64,000 nt of DNA from Eledone cirrhosa (lineage: Eukaryota): contig OZ024745.1 in NCBI GenBank assembly GCA_964016885.1, positions 82,460,001 to 82,524,000 on the forward strand. The letters run 5' to 3'. Every line of letters starts with the position of its first letter. The stretch's first letter is position 1. The translations under genes and the position numbers were made by a program. Under the pieces are notes generated by a model that was not told the origin of the DNA, did not search any database, and was given only the letters and a program-made list of their open reading frames with translations. Below are positions 25,738-40,140 of the stretch, piece after piece.

Positions 25738-26642
25738 GTTTCTTTTATTTGCCACTAGGGCATCAAAAGTGGGACAAGTACAAAGGGGGGAGTTTACACA
25801 AAAAGGCGTCCTCAATAAGGAGGAGGCAATAACAAAATATAAAAATAAAATAAGATATAACAAAAAATAAAATTTATAACAAAATCCTCAATAGAGAGGA
25901 GGCGCCTTGGGGGTCGCACACACCCCCGAAAAAAGTTTGCAACCCTTCTCCTCAGGAGCACAGAGAAGGGGTGCTCCCTTGGTCTTTCATCTTCCTCACC
26001 TATAGTCTGATGTAGAGTGAAGGCCCATTCACACGGGCCATTCTCGCCACTTTCACCCATCTTTCATAGAAACGGCTGGGGTGCAGCACCTCTCTCTCCA
26101 TCCTGATCCTTCTTCCGAAATGATATCGGAAGAAACGGACCAGTTGTTGGCCAGAGAGAAAGGTGCCTGACCTCAGTCCTTTCAGACGCGTCCACCATAC
26201 AACCTCTTTCGCCATGGCTATTACGCACAGAAACACCGCCTCTGCTTCATCTTTGAAGGGGGGGAGGCGGCTTGATCATTACAATAGACTCGGTGGTCAA
26301 CCGGATCGGTCCCGCCCTTGACAGCAGTTGTTCGACATAGCCCCACAGATCGGCTACGCCCGAGCAGTGTACCAATGCGTGTGCAACGGTTTCCTCGTCG
26401 CACACGCATCTGGGACAGATCTTTTTGGCGGGGTCCCTACCCGGGCGCCCGTGTCTGTAGAGCCTTTCTCGAACGGGTAAAGCCCCTCGGTAGCACTGCC
26501 AGGCCAGGGACTTCTGGAAGTTGTCCATAGGTCCCGGGCTGAATGTCCTACCGAACAGGCTGGCCAGTTCGTCCTCCTCCATGTCTAGGGCTTCTCCGAG
26601 GACGTCGTCGCACCTGCTGCGTACCAGCCCTCTATAGAATGT
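25738..26642 (-). mobile_element. 3' fragment of an L1/Tx1-type LINE related to 40141-45381
   Basis: GRTFSPGPMDNFQKSLAWQC.RGALPVR..CPRC..ETV.HALV.C; AATAAA followed by (TATC)n. Confidence 0.88.
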
Positions 26643-26652
26643 TGCGTTTCTT

Positions 26653-27228
26653 CTGTTAGGTTTCTTCTGCCACTACAAATATATTTCATGCTATGCACTA
26701 CATCAAGTAAATCCTACCGATACACGCACTTTTCCATCAACTGTCCTCTATATCATGTCTTACCCAAGTTACAGAATCTCTTTCCACCATTTTTACACCC
26801 AAACAGGATCACCTCACATTCCACATGTTTCTCGCATGCATCACCTGCAGTTGAATATCGAGCAAATTATCATCAATTTATGGGTAACTGAATAAATCAT
26901 GTATATATATAGATAGATAGATAGATATATATATGTGTATACACACACATACACACACACACACATATGTATATATATACATGATTTATTCAGTTACCCA
27001 TAAATTGATGATAATTTGCTCGATATTCAACTGCAGGTGATGCATGCGAGAAACATGTGGAATGTGAGGTGATCCTGTTTGGGTGTAAAAATGGTGGAAA
27101 GAGATTCTGTAACTTGGGTAAGACATGATATAGAGGACAGTTGATGGAAAAGTGCGTGTATCGGTAGGATTTACTTGATGTAGTGCATAGCATGAAATAT
27201 ATTTGTAGTGGCAGAAGAAACCTAACAA
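26653..27228. repeat. ~250-bp inverted repeat, tail-to-tail around a microsatellite
   Basis: Identical mirrored ORFs 26688-26891(+) and 26990-27193(-). Confidence 0.9.
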
Positions 27229-27589
27229 GAATTCATCAGGCATATGTGCCGGTACTTGAAGCCTGTTGGTGAATAAGGTTTTGTTTGGATGATGCTAAAA
27301 AGTTTGTGAGATTGCAAGCAGCAATAACAACATTTACATTAGGGTCTTCCATTTTGCAAACTATCGCCAATCATCTCATGTAGAATACACCGGTTTGTGT
27401 GTGGGTGTGTGTGTGTGTGTGTGTGTGAAATAACGAAGTATGCCGAATTATAGGCTTATCGAATAATAATTATTTCACATCTTTTATTTATGACGATTTA
27501 TTTTACCTAGATTGTGCTATATTGTTCTTTATTGAATCCAATGAAGAAATACACAATAATATTGGGGGTAAATAGAGAAAACAATTTAT

Positions 27590-28500
27590 TAATGAAATTT
27601 ATTACCGGACAGGGACACCTTCGCCCACTGTAGGACTTCTTTCCCTTGCTTCGCAGCAATGTTTTGGAGGAGCTGTTTCTCATTTTCATCCTTCGTAGAA
27701 TCATTAAACCTTTTTACGAGACAAATACCTCGCTTAGCAGTATCGTTCACAACGTTTCGAGCATCAACGGTGTTACTAGTGGCGGTGAGAAAATACATAT
27801 TCCTCAACTTTCAGTCGTCGAATTTCCTTCAAAACAATTTCAGTGTTCTGTTGTCCGATTTCATCTCCTATAATCAGAACACCTAAGAGTCCTACTTTCC
27901 TTTCCCTATAGCTAAAACTGTAAGCAGATCGAGTGTAGTAGAAAGCTGAAATGAAGGACTAGCCAGGATATGTTTTCAGGTGGGAAAGCGGATAACGTGA
28001 TTTAGCCATCTTAAAGTGGCTGGTTCTTGCTCGATAAACAGTTGAAGAAAGAGGAAATCCAGAGTTTAGAAACAGCATGGCAAAGCCTCTTCACAATTAC
28101 GATGTAATAATTATTTATTGTCATACCTATACTTTCTCCAGTTCCCATGTGGCAACGTGAGTGGCGTCGAGATTCGGCGGTGATGATTTCATTACAATAA
28201 TCACTAATGGTTGAGCTGGTTGACAAACTTTCAAGAGCTACATTCTCGGAAATCTTCTTGATTTCTTCATCCTACTTTCTTTTTCTTAATTTCATATCAT
28301 GAATCTTCTTTTCCTTTTTCTGAATGGCTCTCCCATGTTCTGCATCAACACCAGCCAGGAATGCAGCGGTATCCACAGATATATCAATTAATTGAAAGAT
28401 AATTAGATTTTTGTAAAGAATCCATAGATATATCAAAATATCTTTAGATATCTTTGGTCGCAACAACATAAAGAATATTCTAAAACGTTGAACAAGAAAT
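27590..28500 (-). pseudogene. Degenerate DNA transposase remnant (hAT/hATm-like)
   Basis: VVNDTAKRGICLVKRFNDSTKDENEKQLLQ resembles the V.ND.AER.V.L..F C-terminal motif; many stops. Confidence 0.55.
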
Positions 28501-30810
28501 TCACATCAAAGATAACTTGATACATCAAAACAAAAGTTGTCTTTTAAAAATGTCTTTTTATTACCAGTGTTTATTGTACTTTTCCTTGTGTAATATAAAA
28601 TACCTGAAGAGTGCAAACAGGTGATTCCTCACCATCCTCCGGGGAAATGCCTTTTCTATTCTGTCCGACGGGGCTGCGGGGTGACCAGCACGTGGGGCCC
28701 CATTTGCTCATAATAGGGAGAGATTGGGAGAGCGGGAGAGACGGAGGCAGTAACAGTGGGAGTTTGGTTTCTTTGTGTTCGGATCTGGTGTATATGTATA
28801 TGTTTCACAGACAAACACTCATGCTGAGAACAGTATGATTATTGTGCTTTTGATTGCTTGGAATAAAGGGGAGTTGGCACATTATTATCTGGTATTTATG
28901 GAGGAGTGACTAAGTGTTGTGTAATAGGCGTAGCTACACTATAAAGTTTGATACTAACATTAATAATTTATTTATTTATATACACTGAGATACAAGTCAC
29001 ACAACTAATAACTTCCTACTCTAAGATTTGATTATGGCATTTAATAGTGATAAATAAACGAATTCATATATCGAAATGGTTGTCCTGGAATTTCTGGAAT
29101 TAGAATTCAATCATATCAAGATTTCATTTATTTTCATCCTGAGCAGGGCACATGATACCAACCACAACCTAAGCAATAGAAAATCCTACCACGGATAAGT
29201 TCTTTTTTTTAAAGAAGCCCCTAACTGCAATTTTTGTATAAAGCAGATGAAATATTTCTCAGGAACACCAGTAGAAAACTAAATAGAAATACGTTTGGTG
29301 ACAGGTTCTTATTGTATAACAATATATACTACTCCCAAATACCTAACCAATCACACTGTAACATATTTTCTTTTCTCAACAAATTGTGCATTTTCGTCCA
29401 CCTCATTATTAATTTTTATAATTATGTGAATTACTAGTTACAAAATGTTCCATAATTGTCTTTTCTACTTGTAAAAATATGGCATGCAGAATTGTAAAGA
29501 CTATCTCGCTAAATAAATCAAACTATTAAGATCAAAATATGTTTGGAACTATAATCATGTCTGTTAACAAAGATCAGATTTGCTTAAGTATAACAATTAA
29601 ATTGTGGGTGGAATTAATTCTTAATTTTTTGGAAATAATCTCCCAAATTTTTAGAGTCACTAATATTTCTAGCAGGTTGATCTGCCTGACTGCCTGTCTG
29701 TCTGTCTATACACATACAGAGTGAATGAGAGAAAAGGCCAGGCAGATATATAAATGAGAGAGTTGTAAAGACAGATAGATAGACAGAGAGATAGATATGT
29801 ATATAGAGCGATTGTTGAAGAATTCAGAGTTGAACACTAGAAAATGATGTATTTTCCTACCTCAACTGTCATGTCCCCCACCGCCTTCTCTCTCATTCGT
29901 ACTAATAGTATATTTATTCGTTTTGCTTCTCTTTATCAGCATTTTCTCTCTTCTATTCTCTTACGCTTCATTTCTCACCCTCTCTCTTTCATCGTTTCCC
30001 TTTGTCGTATTATCTATAGAACGGAGAGTGAGACAAATAACTGCAAGATGTTTCTCTATGAATATGTAAATAAAATAATTGGAATCAAATAAATTGCTTG
30101 CTTTGTCAGAAACACAGTTAATACGACCCTTATTCTCATTTTCTATCTACCTATCTATCAGTTTGATTTATATGTTGCCAGTTTTCATATATATTTAAAC
30201 TGAACTTAAATTAGAGTTAGCTGTAATACTCTTACGCAATCAAAACCCAGCTTACAATTATTTTAAACATAATTACGGAAATTACGTGGGCCTTGCTGAA
30301 TGAAACGCCAGTTTCGGGGAACTTTTGCATATCATTGCTCATGCCTTAAGGCAAGTCCGTACAGGAAAGTATTTTTAATATATTGCGTATAATCGCTCGA
30401 TACACACACCCACTCATTCACACACAGACAAACGCGCGTGTGTTACGATCGTCTGAAAGGGTAAATGCAACTAAGATATTATCGATATATTAACTAATTG
30501 ATAGCTACTATGTCACTAATGTTAGTCTCGCTAAAATCCATCCATTTTGTTGCTCATTCTCATATATATATATATATATATATATATTTATGCGTGCACA
30601 TAAATTTCATAAACGACTACAGAACACAAATAGAATTGTAAATACTTCTAACAGACCTCACTAGTTACTTAGGGTTATATATAAGTATGAATATGCTTCT
30701 TTGCACAGAATGACTGAGCACATACTTGCTTTCTTTCGAAACATTTTTTCTTTATATTTCTCTTCCTACTCTCGTCTATCGTTCTATTTCTTCTTTTATT
30801 TCTCATTCTC

Positions 30811-30846
30811 TCTTCTAATGAAGGACTAACCTCCGAAATGTTGACA
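30811..30846 (+). ncRNA. Degenerate minimal hammerhead
   Basis: CTAATGA a GGA ctaacc TCC GAAA TG T T; stem I eroded. Confidence 0.5.
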
Positions 30847-31024
30847 CTCTTTTCCTACAATATCAAACGTTAAATAAATATATATCTTCATTGTAATGTA
30901 TCGTTTTGGTGTCTTTATTGATTCACTTTTCGCATGTATATATATATATATACACTCTACTACCCTAAGTATTGAGTACTCTGGTGCGTTATGGTCCATC
31001 TGGTTCCTTCCCACAATTTCTTCG

Positions 31025-31075
<51 letters not shown>

Positions 31076-31144
31076 TATAAAAAGATGAAATCGAAAATGC
31101 AACTGGAGTCTTATTAAAACCACAGACCCTCCATCTCAACTCTA

Positions 31145-31180
31145 CTTTTGAAAAGCAGAAGAACTGCGAAACCGGTAAAG
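31145..31180 (+). ncRNA. Minimal hammerhead, U3-A8 (UUGAAAA) variant
   Basis: CTT TTGAAAA GCAG aagaa CTGC GAAA CCGG T A AAG; flanked by inverted arms 31078-31118/31205-31247. Confidence 0.8.
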
Positions 31181-31457
31181 GAACCAAATAAATATATATT
31201 TTTTTTTTAAATAAGACACCAGTTGCATTTTCGATTTCATCTTTTTTTCTTTATACTTTCACTCGTGTAGGACACCGCTTATTTTTCATTTTGTAAAAAA
31301 AACTTCACTTTCTAATATATATATATATATACATAAATTTATCCCGGGCTCAATCTGGGGTAACCACAGTAAGTAAGGTACTCAATACATAGCAGTGTGT
31401 AAATATTTAATAGTCCTGTAGAAGCCATTTCTATAATAAATATATATATATATATAA

Positions 31458-31650
31458 AGGATCGATCGACTTTCGTCAAATCGAACTAAGGAAACAATGT
31501 TTTCATCGGACTTTCCAGTTGGTAGTGCTATCTATCGGTCGCAACTCCAGCTAGAAGGAGCAACGTGAAATAAAGTGTCTAGCTCAAGGACATAACGCAT
31601 CGCCCGGTTCAGAAATCGAATTCTCTAACCACTCAGCCACACGCCTTCAC
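31458..31650 (-). mobile_element. tRNA-derived SINE, family 2
   Basis: Matches 52336-52553 and 57320-57532. Confidence 0.82.
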
Positions 31651-31651
31651 A

Positions 31652-31708
<57 letters not shown>

Positions 31709-31852
31709 GGAAGTTGGAATGATATATTAAAACATGGAAGGTAAGTTATTTGTATTTAATTAACTCTTATGAGTTAGTTTTAATGAAAGAATGTTTCATT
31801 CCTATTAGTCTACGGAAACCTAATCCTTCTCTAAACCTTCGTATATATATAG

Positions 31853-32185
31853 AGAATGGAAAACCAAAAATCAGTGATGCATCGGAACTCAATTTATTGT
31901 GTGTTACAATTGTTTCCCTGGCGAATAGCTGGAGGTGCGATCTGTGTGTGGATCGATCTGATTCTGGATTCCCAGGTTCCTCGGACACGTTTATTGATTT
32001 CAAAGTATATCCTCTTTCAGAAAGAGGATATAATCTGAAATCAATAGACGTGTCCGAGGAACCTGTGAATCCAGAATCAGGTCGATCCACACACAGGTCG
32101 CACCTCCAGCTGTTCGCCAGGGAAACAATTGTAACACACAATAAATTGAGTTCCGATGAATCACTGATTTTTCGTTTTCCATTCT
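31853..32185. repeat. ~165-bp-arm fold-back palindrome built from a long-stem-II hammerhead
   Basis: Centre ctttc-A-gaaag at 32019 (CTGAAAGA on the minus strand); each arm contains GAAACAATTGTA. Confidence 0.88.
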
Positions 32186-32545
32186 ATCATACTCTGCTCC
32201 GTATGAGCATAGAGTGCTCAACCTGCATACCGCCTATGGAAGCATCTTAGCTACCATTATACATATATATATATATATATATATATGAAAATTGGACCCG
32301 ATGGCTGAGCGCCTCCTCTTTCAATAGCTAGTTCCATACGGGGGGGGGGGGGGTCCTTATTCATTCATAAAAAACATAATCTATACTCCAAGTATTGAGT
32401 ACTCTGGTTAGTAATGGTTTCTAATTGAATCCATCCTGGAGTCCGTCTTTGATTGGCTTTTGCTCCAAGTTTAAGGCAGCTGCATGTTGTAGATATAGTG
32501 AAAATAATTGAAGTCAGATTTGCAGCTTGTGTAGAAACTTTATTT

Positions 32546-32620
32546 GCATATTACAATTGTTTCAATATCGATCAGCTCACGTGTGGTCAAGGCGATCGAA
32601 GCCTGACTCTTCTGCAACAT
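32546..32620 (-). ncRNA. Degenerate hammerhead (CAGAAGA), inverted relative to 34131-34200
   Basis: CAGAAGA g..TCGATC...GATCGA..GAAA CAATTG T A atat. Confidence 0.55.
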
Positions 32621-33759
32621 CTCTCACCATCCTCCACGGAAACGCCTTCTTTATTCTGTCTGCCGGGGCCGTGGAGCGGCCAGCGCATGGGCCTCTATTT
32701 GTTCATAATAGTGAGAAACGAGGCAGTGACAGTGGGAGATTAGTTCCTTTGTGTTCGGACCTGGTGTGTATATTTCACGGACACCAATACTGTCTTTCTA
32801 ACTATGTAAGTAACTACAGACTACGGATGAAGTAAAAGACCCCAAGCTGAGTTGTAGCAGTAAAGTTTTCAATAATTAAGTATAGGAACTAATCAATGGG
32901 GATCGGTACAGGAAACGGGTTGAAGAAAGAAGTAACACAAGTGAAAAGTAGAAGAGGAGAAAACTAGAATAAGAAGAGAGAAAAAATAAAACCAAAGGGG
33001 GAAGGAGAAAGAGGAGCGGTAGAGAAATAGATAAAATCAAAGGATTATATAGAAAATAACAAATTCGATGTCGTTTGACACTATTGTTTTTGAGGGATGG
33101 TTTTACAGTCAGTGAGGATTCTTTGAGATATCTGCTAGTTAGCTATTTGTCATTAGGGTTGGTTCACTGTTGGTAGTCTTCTGCTCCAACGACGACGACA
33201 ACAATAAGATCAACATCAACAATAATCATGACAGCAATGACAGCTGCGCCAGCATCATCATCGTCGCTATTGGCAACGGGGGGTAGTAGGTGCTGTATTT
33301 CGATATCGGCCGAACTATTGTTAGAAGATGAAAACGAGGACGAAGATCTTAGAAGATTTGACCAAAATTTAAGTACTAAGGCGGAATCCAGTGAAGTGGG
33401 ATGGAGCCGGGGTGAATTAAAATAAAATAGAATAAAGAAATAACAAAATAAAATAAGTAAAGTAAAAGTGTTGGGGTGGAGTAATATACATGAATTAGGA
33501 TAACATGAGATACATGGATAAGGATCGGGTGAGATAGATAAATAAGTAAAAAAGATGAATATATGAAGTAAATTGAAATGGAGCGAATCATATGAGCAAA
33601 CAATACGTAGATGGGTAGTCCGTTACTGGTAATTATCAACGTGCTTTTGTTGGGTTCTTATGTATGAATCATAGGGCCGAGAATGTTGAGTTTCTAGAGC
33701 GTTTGCATGCTTCATGCATAAGAACCCAACAAATACACATTAATAATTACCTATAATTG

Positions 33760-33944
33760 TTTCTACCTTTGGCACAAGGCCAGCAGTTATTCCAGTGTAT
33801 TACTGGTACTTTATTTTATCGACCCCGTAAGGATGAAAGGCAAAGTTAACCTCGGCGGGATTTGAACTCAGACCATAAATGGCCGTAACTCTTTGCTGCA
33901 AAGCATGGCGTCCGACCCTCTACCGATACTGCCAATCCACCGCC
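33760..33944 (-). mobile_element. SINE family 1 with 9-bp TSD (copies at 35318-35502 and 36876-37060)
   Basis: CTATAATTG on both sides. Confidence 0.88.
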
Positions 33945-34130
33945 CTATAATTGACTACCCCACCCACGTAATGTTTCCCCTCCATTTCAATTTACTTCAT
34001 ATATTCATCTTATTTACTTATTTATCTATCTCCTCCGACCCTTATCCATATGTCTCATGTCACCCCAATTCATGTATATTGACCAACTCCAAATCCTTTA
34101 CTTATTCTATTTCATTTTAATTCTGAGGCG

Positions 34131-34200
34131 ATATCGAAGAGTTGGGCTTCGATCGCCTTGATCACACCCGAACTGATCGATATTGAAACAATTGTAATGT
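34131..34200 (+). ncRNA. Degenerate hammerhead in each tandem unit (also 35689-35758 and 37247-37316)
   Basis: ATAT C-GAAGA ...TCGATC..GATCGA.. GAAA CAATTG T A ATGT. Confidence 0.55.
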
Positions 34201-37200
34201 GCAAATAAAGTTTCTACACAAGCAGCAAATCCGACTTCAATTATATTCACTATATATATATATTTGTATAGGTAAGTATATATTACCTGTATGTTTGTGA
34301 AGGTACGTATACTTTCTCGTACGTATATTTGCTGGTATATGTTATGGCGTATATATTATATATACAGGTACATGTGCATATGGTTATGTGTATACGTGAG
34401 TTTTGCGTCTGTGTGAGTATGAGGGTTCGTACGTATGTAGGGTGTGTGTATATGTGTAGTTTGTGTTTTGGTTGAGGTACGTCTGCGAACATGTGTATTT
34501 ACATGTAGGTATCTGTGCGCGCGCATTATATACGTATTTATGTGTGTATATTTATATACGTTTATATAATTATATGTATACACGCACATACACACACATA
34601 TATATATATATTTTTTTTAATATATATTGTTATGTGTATTCGGTGTATACGTTCGTATGTGTGCGGGTACAGGTGTTGCGTGAGTTCTGTATGTGTGTGC
34701 GTGTTTTTTGTGTACGTGCTTGATTTGGCATACCCAAAGATTTGACCAAAATTTAAGTACTAAGGCGGAATCCAGTGAAGTGGGATGGAGCCGGGGTGAA
34801 TTAAAATGTGTATTCGGTGTATACGTTCGTATGTGTGCGGGTACAGGTGTTGCGTGAGTTCTGTATGTGTGTGCGTGTTTTTTGTGTACGTGCTTGATTT
34901 GGCATACCCAAAGATTTGACCAAAATTTAAGTACTAAGGCGGAATCCAGTGAAGTGGGATGGAGCCGGGGTGAATTAAAATAAAATAGAATAAAGAAATA
35001 ACAAAATAAAATAAGTAAAGTAAAAGTGTTGGGGTGGAGTAATATACATGAATTAGGATAACATGAGATACATGGATAAGGATCGGGTGAGATAGATAAA
35101 TAAGTAAAAAAGATGAATATATGAAGTAAATTGAAATGGAGCGAATCATATGAGCAAACAATACGTAGATGGGTAGTCCGTTACTGGTAATTATCAACGT
35201 GCTTTTGTTGGGTTCTTATGTATGAATCATAGGGCCGAGAATGTTGAGTTTCTAGAGCGTTTGCATGCTTCATGCATAAGAACCCAACAAATACACATTA
35301 ATAATTACCTATAATTGTTTCTACCTTTGGCACAAGGCCAGCAGTTATTCCAGTGTATTACTGGTACTTTATTTTATCGACCCCGTAAGGATGAAAGGCA
35401 AAGTTAACCTCGGCGGGATTTGAACTCAGACCATAAATGGCCGTAACTCTTTGCTGCAAAGCATGGCGTCCGACCCTCTACCGATACTGCCAATCCACCG
35501 CCCTATAATTGACTACCCCACCCACGTAATGTTTCCCCTCCATTTCAATTTACTTCATATATTCATCTTATTTACTTATTTATCTATCTCCTCCGACCCT
35601 TATCCATATGTCTCATGTCACCCCAATTCATGTATATTGACCAACTCCAAATCCTTTACTTATTCTATTTCATTTTAATTCTGAGGCGATATCGAAAAGT
35701 TGGGCTTCGATCGCCTTGATCACACCCGAACTGATCGATATTGAAACAATTGTAATGTGCAAATAAAGTTTCTACACAAGCAGCAAATCCGACTTCAATT
35801 ATATTCACTATATATATATATTTGTATAGGTAAGTATATATTACCTGTATGTTTGTGAAGGTACGTATACTTTCTCGTACGTATATTTGCTGGTATATGT
35901 TATGGCGTATATATTATATATACAGGTACATGTGCATATGGTTATGTGTATACGTGAGTTTTGCGTCTGTGTGAGTATGAGGGTTCGTACGTATGTAGGG
36001 TGTGTGTATATGTGTAGTTTGTGTTTTGGTTGAGGTACGTCTGCGAACATGTGTATTTACATGTAGGTATCTGTGCGCGCGCATTATATACGTATTTATG
36101 TGTGTATATTTATATACGTTTATATAATTATATGTATACACGCACATACACACACATATATATATATATTTTTTTTAATATATATTGTTATGTGTATTCG
36201 GTGTATACGTTCGTATGTGTGCGGGTACAGGTGTTGCGTGAGTTCTGTATGTGTGTGCGTGTTTTTTGTGTACGTGCTTGATTTGGCATACCCAAAGATT
36301 TGACCAAAATTTAAGTACTAAGGCGGAATCCAGTGAAGTGGGATGGAGCCGGGGTGAATTAAAATGTGTATTCGGTGTATACGTTCGTATGTGTGCGGGT
36401 ACAGGTGTTGCGTGAGTTCTGTATGTGTGTGCGTGTTTTTTGTGTACGTGCTTGATTTGGCATACCCAAAGATTTGACCAAAATTTAAGTACTAAGGCGG
36501 AATCCAGTGAAGTGGGATGGAGCCGGGGTGAATTAAAATAAAATAGAATAAAGAAATAACAAAATAAAATAAGTAAAGTAAAAGTGTTGGGGTGGAGTAA
36601 TATACATGAATTAGGATAACATGAGATACATGGATAAGGATCGGGTGAGATAGATAAATAAGTAAAAAAGATGAATATATGAAGTAAATTGAAATGGAGC
36701 GAATCATATGAGCAAACAATACGTAGATGGGTAGTCCGTTACTGGTAATTATCAACGTGCTTTTGTTGGGTTCTTATGTATGAATCATAGGGCCGAGAAT
36801 GTTGAGTTTCTAGAGCGTTTGCATGCTTCATGCATAAGAACCCAACAAATACACATTAATAATTACCTATAATTGTTTCTACCTTTGGCACAAGGCCAGC
36901 AGTTATTCCAGTGTATTACTGGTACTTTATTTTATCGACCCCGTAAGGATGAAAGGCAAAGTTAACCTCGGCGGGATTTGAACTCAGACCATAAATGGCC
37001 GTAACTCTTTGCTGCAAAGCATGGCGTCCGACCCTCTACCGATACTGCCAATCCACCGCCCTATAATTGACTACCCCACCCACGTAATGTTTCCCCTCCA
37101 TTTCAATTTACTTCATATATTCATCTTATTTACTTATTTATCTATCTCCTCCGACCCTTATCCATATGTCTCATGTCACCTCAATTCATGTATATTGACC

Positions 37201-38384
37201 AACTCCAAATCCTTTACTTATTCTATTTCATTTTAATTCTGAGGCGATATCGAAGAGTTGGGCTTCGATCGCCTTGATCACACCCGAACTGATCGATATT
37301 GAAACAATTGTAATGTGCAAATAAAGTTTCTACACAAGCAGCAAATCCGACTTCAATTATATTCACTATATATATATATTTGTATAGGTAAGTATATATT
37401 ACCTGTATGTTTGTGAAGGTACGTATACTTTCTCGTACGTATATTTGCTGGTATATGTTATGGCGTATATATTATATATACAGGTACATGTGCATATGGT
37501 TATGTGTATACGTGAGTTTTGCGTCTGTGTGAGTATGAGGGTTCGTACGTATGTAGGGTGTGTGTATATGTGTAGTTTGTGTTTTGGTTGAGGTACGTCT
37601 GCGAACATGTGTATTTACATGTAGGTATCTGTGCGCGCGCATTATATACGTATTTATGTGTGTATATTTATATACGTTTATATAATTATATGTATACACG
37701 CACATACACACACATATATATATATATTTTTTTTAATATATATTGTTATGTGTATTCGGTGTATACGTTCGTATGTGTGCGGGTACAGGTGTTGCGTGAG
37801 TTCTGTATGTGTGTGCGTGTTTTTTGTGTACGTGCTTGATTTGGCATACCCATGGCGAGTGTTTTCGCGTATGCTTGTGTATGTACGTATATGGATGCGT
37901 GCATGTATATATTTAATTTCAATTACCTCTGTAATTTATTTACTTTATTCTTAAATCTGAAGCCGAGAATCATTCGGTTTCCTAAATAGAATTTTAGTCT
38001 ACGACTTCAGTTATACCATATACGTGGTTTTGTCTTTGCGTGTAATAGTTCTCCACGCTCCACAAAATGACGTATTATCTTCGTTTTCTCCGTTCATTGC
38101 CAGAGAACGTCTCCATGAACCACCTAATAGAATATTAGTCTACGACTTCGTTTATACCATAAACGTGGTTTTGTCTTTGCGTGTAATTGTTTTCATCGCA
38201 CCAAATAATGACGTATTATCTTTGTTTTTTCCCGTAATTTGCAAGGGAACATTTTCACGAACCAAAGTATCGTCTTCCTGTTTTGAAATATTTACTTCTG
38301 CGTTCACAGATTGATTTTTTAGTTTCAGAAGATCCCGTTAAGGGCGAAAGCAGCGATTCTTTGCTTAAACTTTAATCTGTTATA

Positions 38385-38441
<57 letters not shown>

Positions 38442-38739
38442 TAAGAACACTGGAAGGTAAAATCCGTAGTGGTAGAGCACTCAGTCAATGGGCCGAGTTA
38501 GGTAGAAGTGGTAATACGTTGTCCACATGTCTGGAAACACCTCTTACATAACTACAAAGCCCCAGATTAAATAACAACATCCTAATTTTCTTATCAACTA
38601 AGAACTACTTTTCGGACTTTCGCAGTTATCTACCTTACAACTTTCACCCCTAGTATTGTATTGCTTGGGTGAAGTGACCGTTTCTGCGCATGCGCGTTCA
38701 TACGGTTGTCCTTCCTATTCCGTCTAACCATGACCATTA

Positions 38740-38777
38740 CGAGCTGAGGATCCGCTAAGGTGAAACAATTGTTCTCG
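38740..38777 (+). ncRNA. Minimal hammerhead (intact core)
   Basis: CGAG CTGAGGA t CC gctaa GG t GAAA CAATTG T T CTCG; stem I extendable (acca..tac/gta..tggt). Confidence 0.83.
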
Positions 38778-38803
38778 GTATGGTGAACTAACGGTTGTTA
38801 CCA

Positions 38804-38864
<61 letters not shown>

Positions 38865-38865
<1 letters not shown>

Positions 38866-39470
38866 AGCTTCTACACGACTAGAACTGTTTCATTCGTGAG
38901 AAATGATCAGGAAGCTGGCTGTCCAATTAAATAGTCGTGTTTATATCTTTTTTTTCTGGTGGTAGGAGAGGGTGGGGATTGGGATGGGTGGAACTCATTC
39001 GTTGAAGGATTAAAGGATTTAAAAGCTAATTCTTTAAAGCTATAATATTAACAAAGGCAGAAAGAATACTGCAAACAAATTCAAATTTGGAATACCAATC
39101 CTTGTTTATCACTTAGACTAACAATGCCTGTAAGACAGCTGTCTACAGGATGGGTGGGATTCATTGGTTTAAAGAAAAGGGAAATTATTTGGAAGCTAAT
39201 TCTTTAAGGCTGAAATAAAGGTGACAAAGGCAGAAAGAGTTCACTCAACAGATTCAAGTGTTGGGGTGATTCCCCTTATTGTGAAGTTTCTCTTAATATA
39301 TATTCCAGGTGTCGACAAGCTCTTTCACATACTCGCTCACTTACACACGTACACACACATACACCCACGCACACACGGGTAGTCACACACACAACAAACA
39401 TACATAATGGTACACACACACATACACATATACAAATATATACACATATATATACACATACCTACAAATA
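38865..39470 (-). repeat. Family A body + hammerhead-like motif; inverted homologue at 47825-48485
   Basis: agcttc CTGATCA tttctcacgaat GAAA CAGTTCTA GTC; body colinear with the reverse complement of 47825-48400. Confidence 0.75.
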
Positions 39471-39527
39471 TGTGTACATAAATACGCACACACACATATA
39501 TATATATATACATATGTAAATATACAT

Positions 39528-39618
<91 letters not shown>

Positions 39619-39803
39619 TATATACATATGTATATACATACATACATATACACACATATATAAACAAATATACACACACGCTCTCATGCATACACACGCA
39701 TACACACATTCAAACGTACACATATACATACATATATACACACGTACGCACATATATATACATACATACACACACCCAAACATATATATATATACATGTG
39801 TAC

Positions 39804-39842
<39 letters not shown>

Positions 39843-40140
39843 CACATATATATACATACACATACATACACATATACACACATACACATACATACACACA
39901 CATATAAACACACACACACGCACACACACACACACACACACACACTATATATATATACGTATATATATATATATATATAGTGTGTGTGAAACTAAAATCC
40001 ATATCATGTGTACTGCTTCTCTGTTTTCTGTTCATATAATAAACTACATATATATATACACATACAGATATATACGCATAGCTGTAGTGCACCTGAGCAC
40101 TTTACACAATAATTTCATTATTATTATTATTATTATTATT

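Larger units (their letters stand above)
33353..37852. repeat. Near-identical tandem triplication, period 1558 bp (1384-bp unit + 174-bp junction duplicate)
   Basis: ORFs repeat at 33376/34934/36492; junction ggcataccca|aagatttgacc at 34737, 34911, 36295 and 36469. Confidence 0.95.

Noticed and set aside
27233-27275. Twister-like GCCGGT..AAGCC and CTGATGA
   Set aside because: Twister pseudoknot partners are absent and no HHR 3' half was found; it is a simple hairpin.
31750-32250. Mirror ORFs on both strands
   Set aside because: By-product of the DNA palindrome.
33353-37852. CRISPR-like or prokaryotic system
   Set aside because: No repeat-spacer array, operons or cas genes; the sequence is eukaryotic repeat DNA.
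38322-38360. CAGAAGA-CCC/GGG-GAAA motif in family C (also ~53115-53150)
   Set aside because: Probably a decayed HHR, but stems I and III cannot be formed; not listed as a feature.
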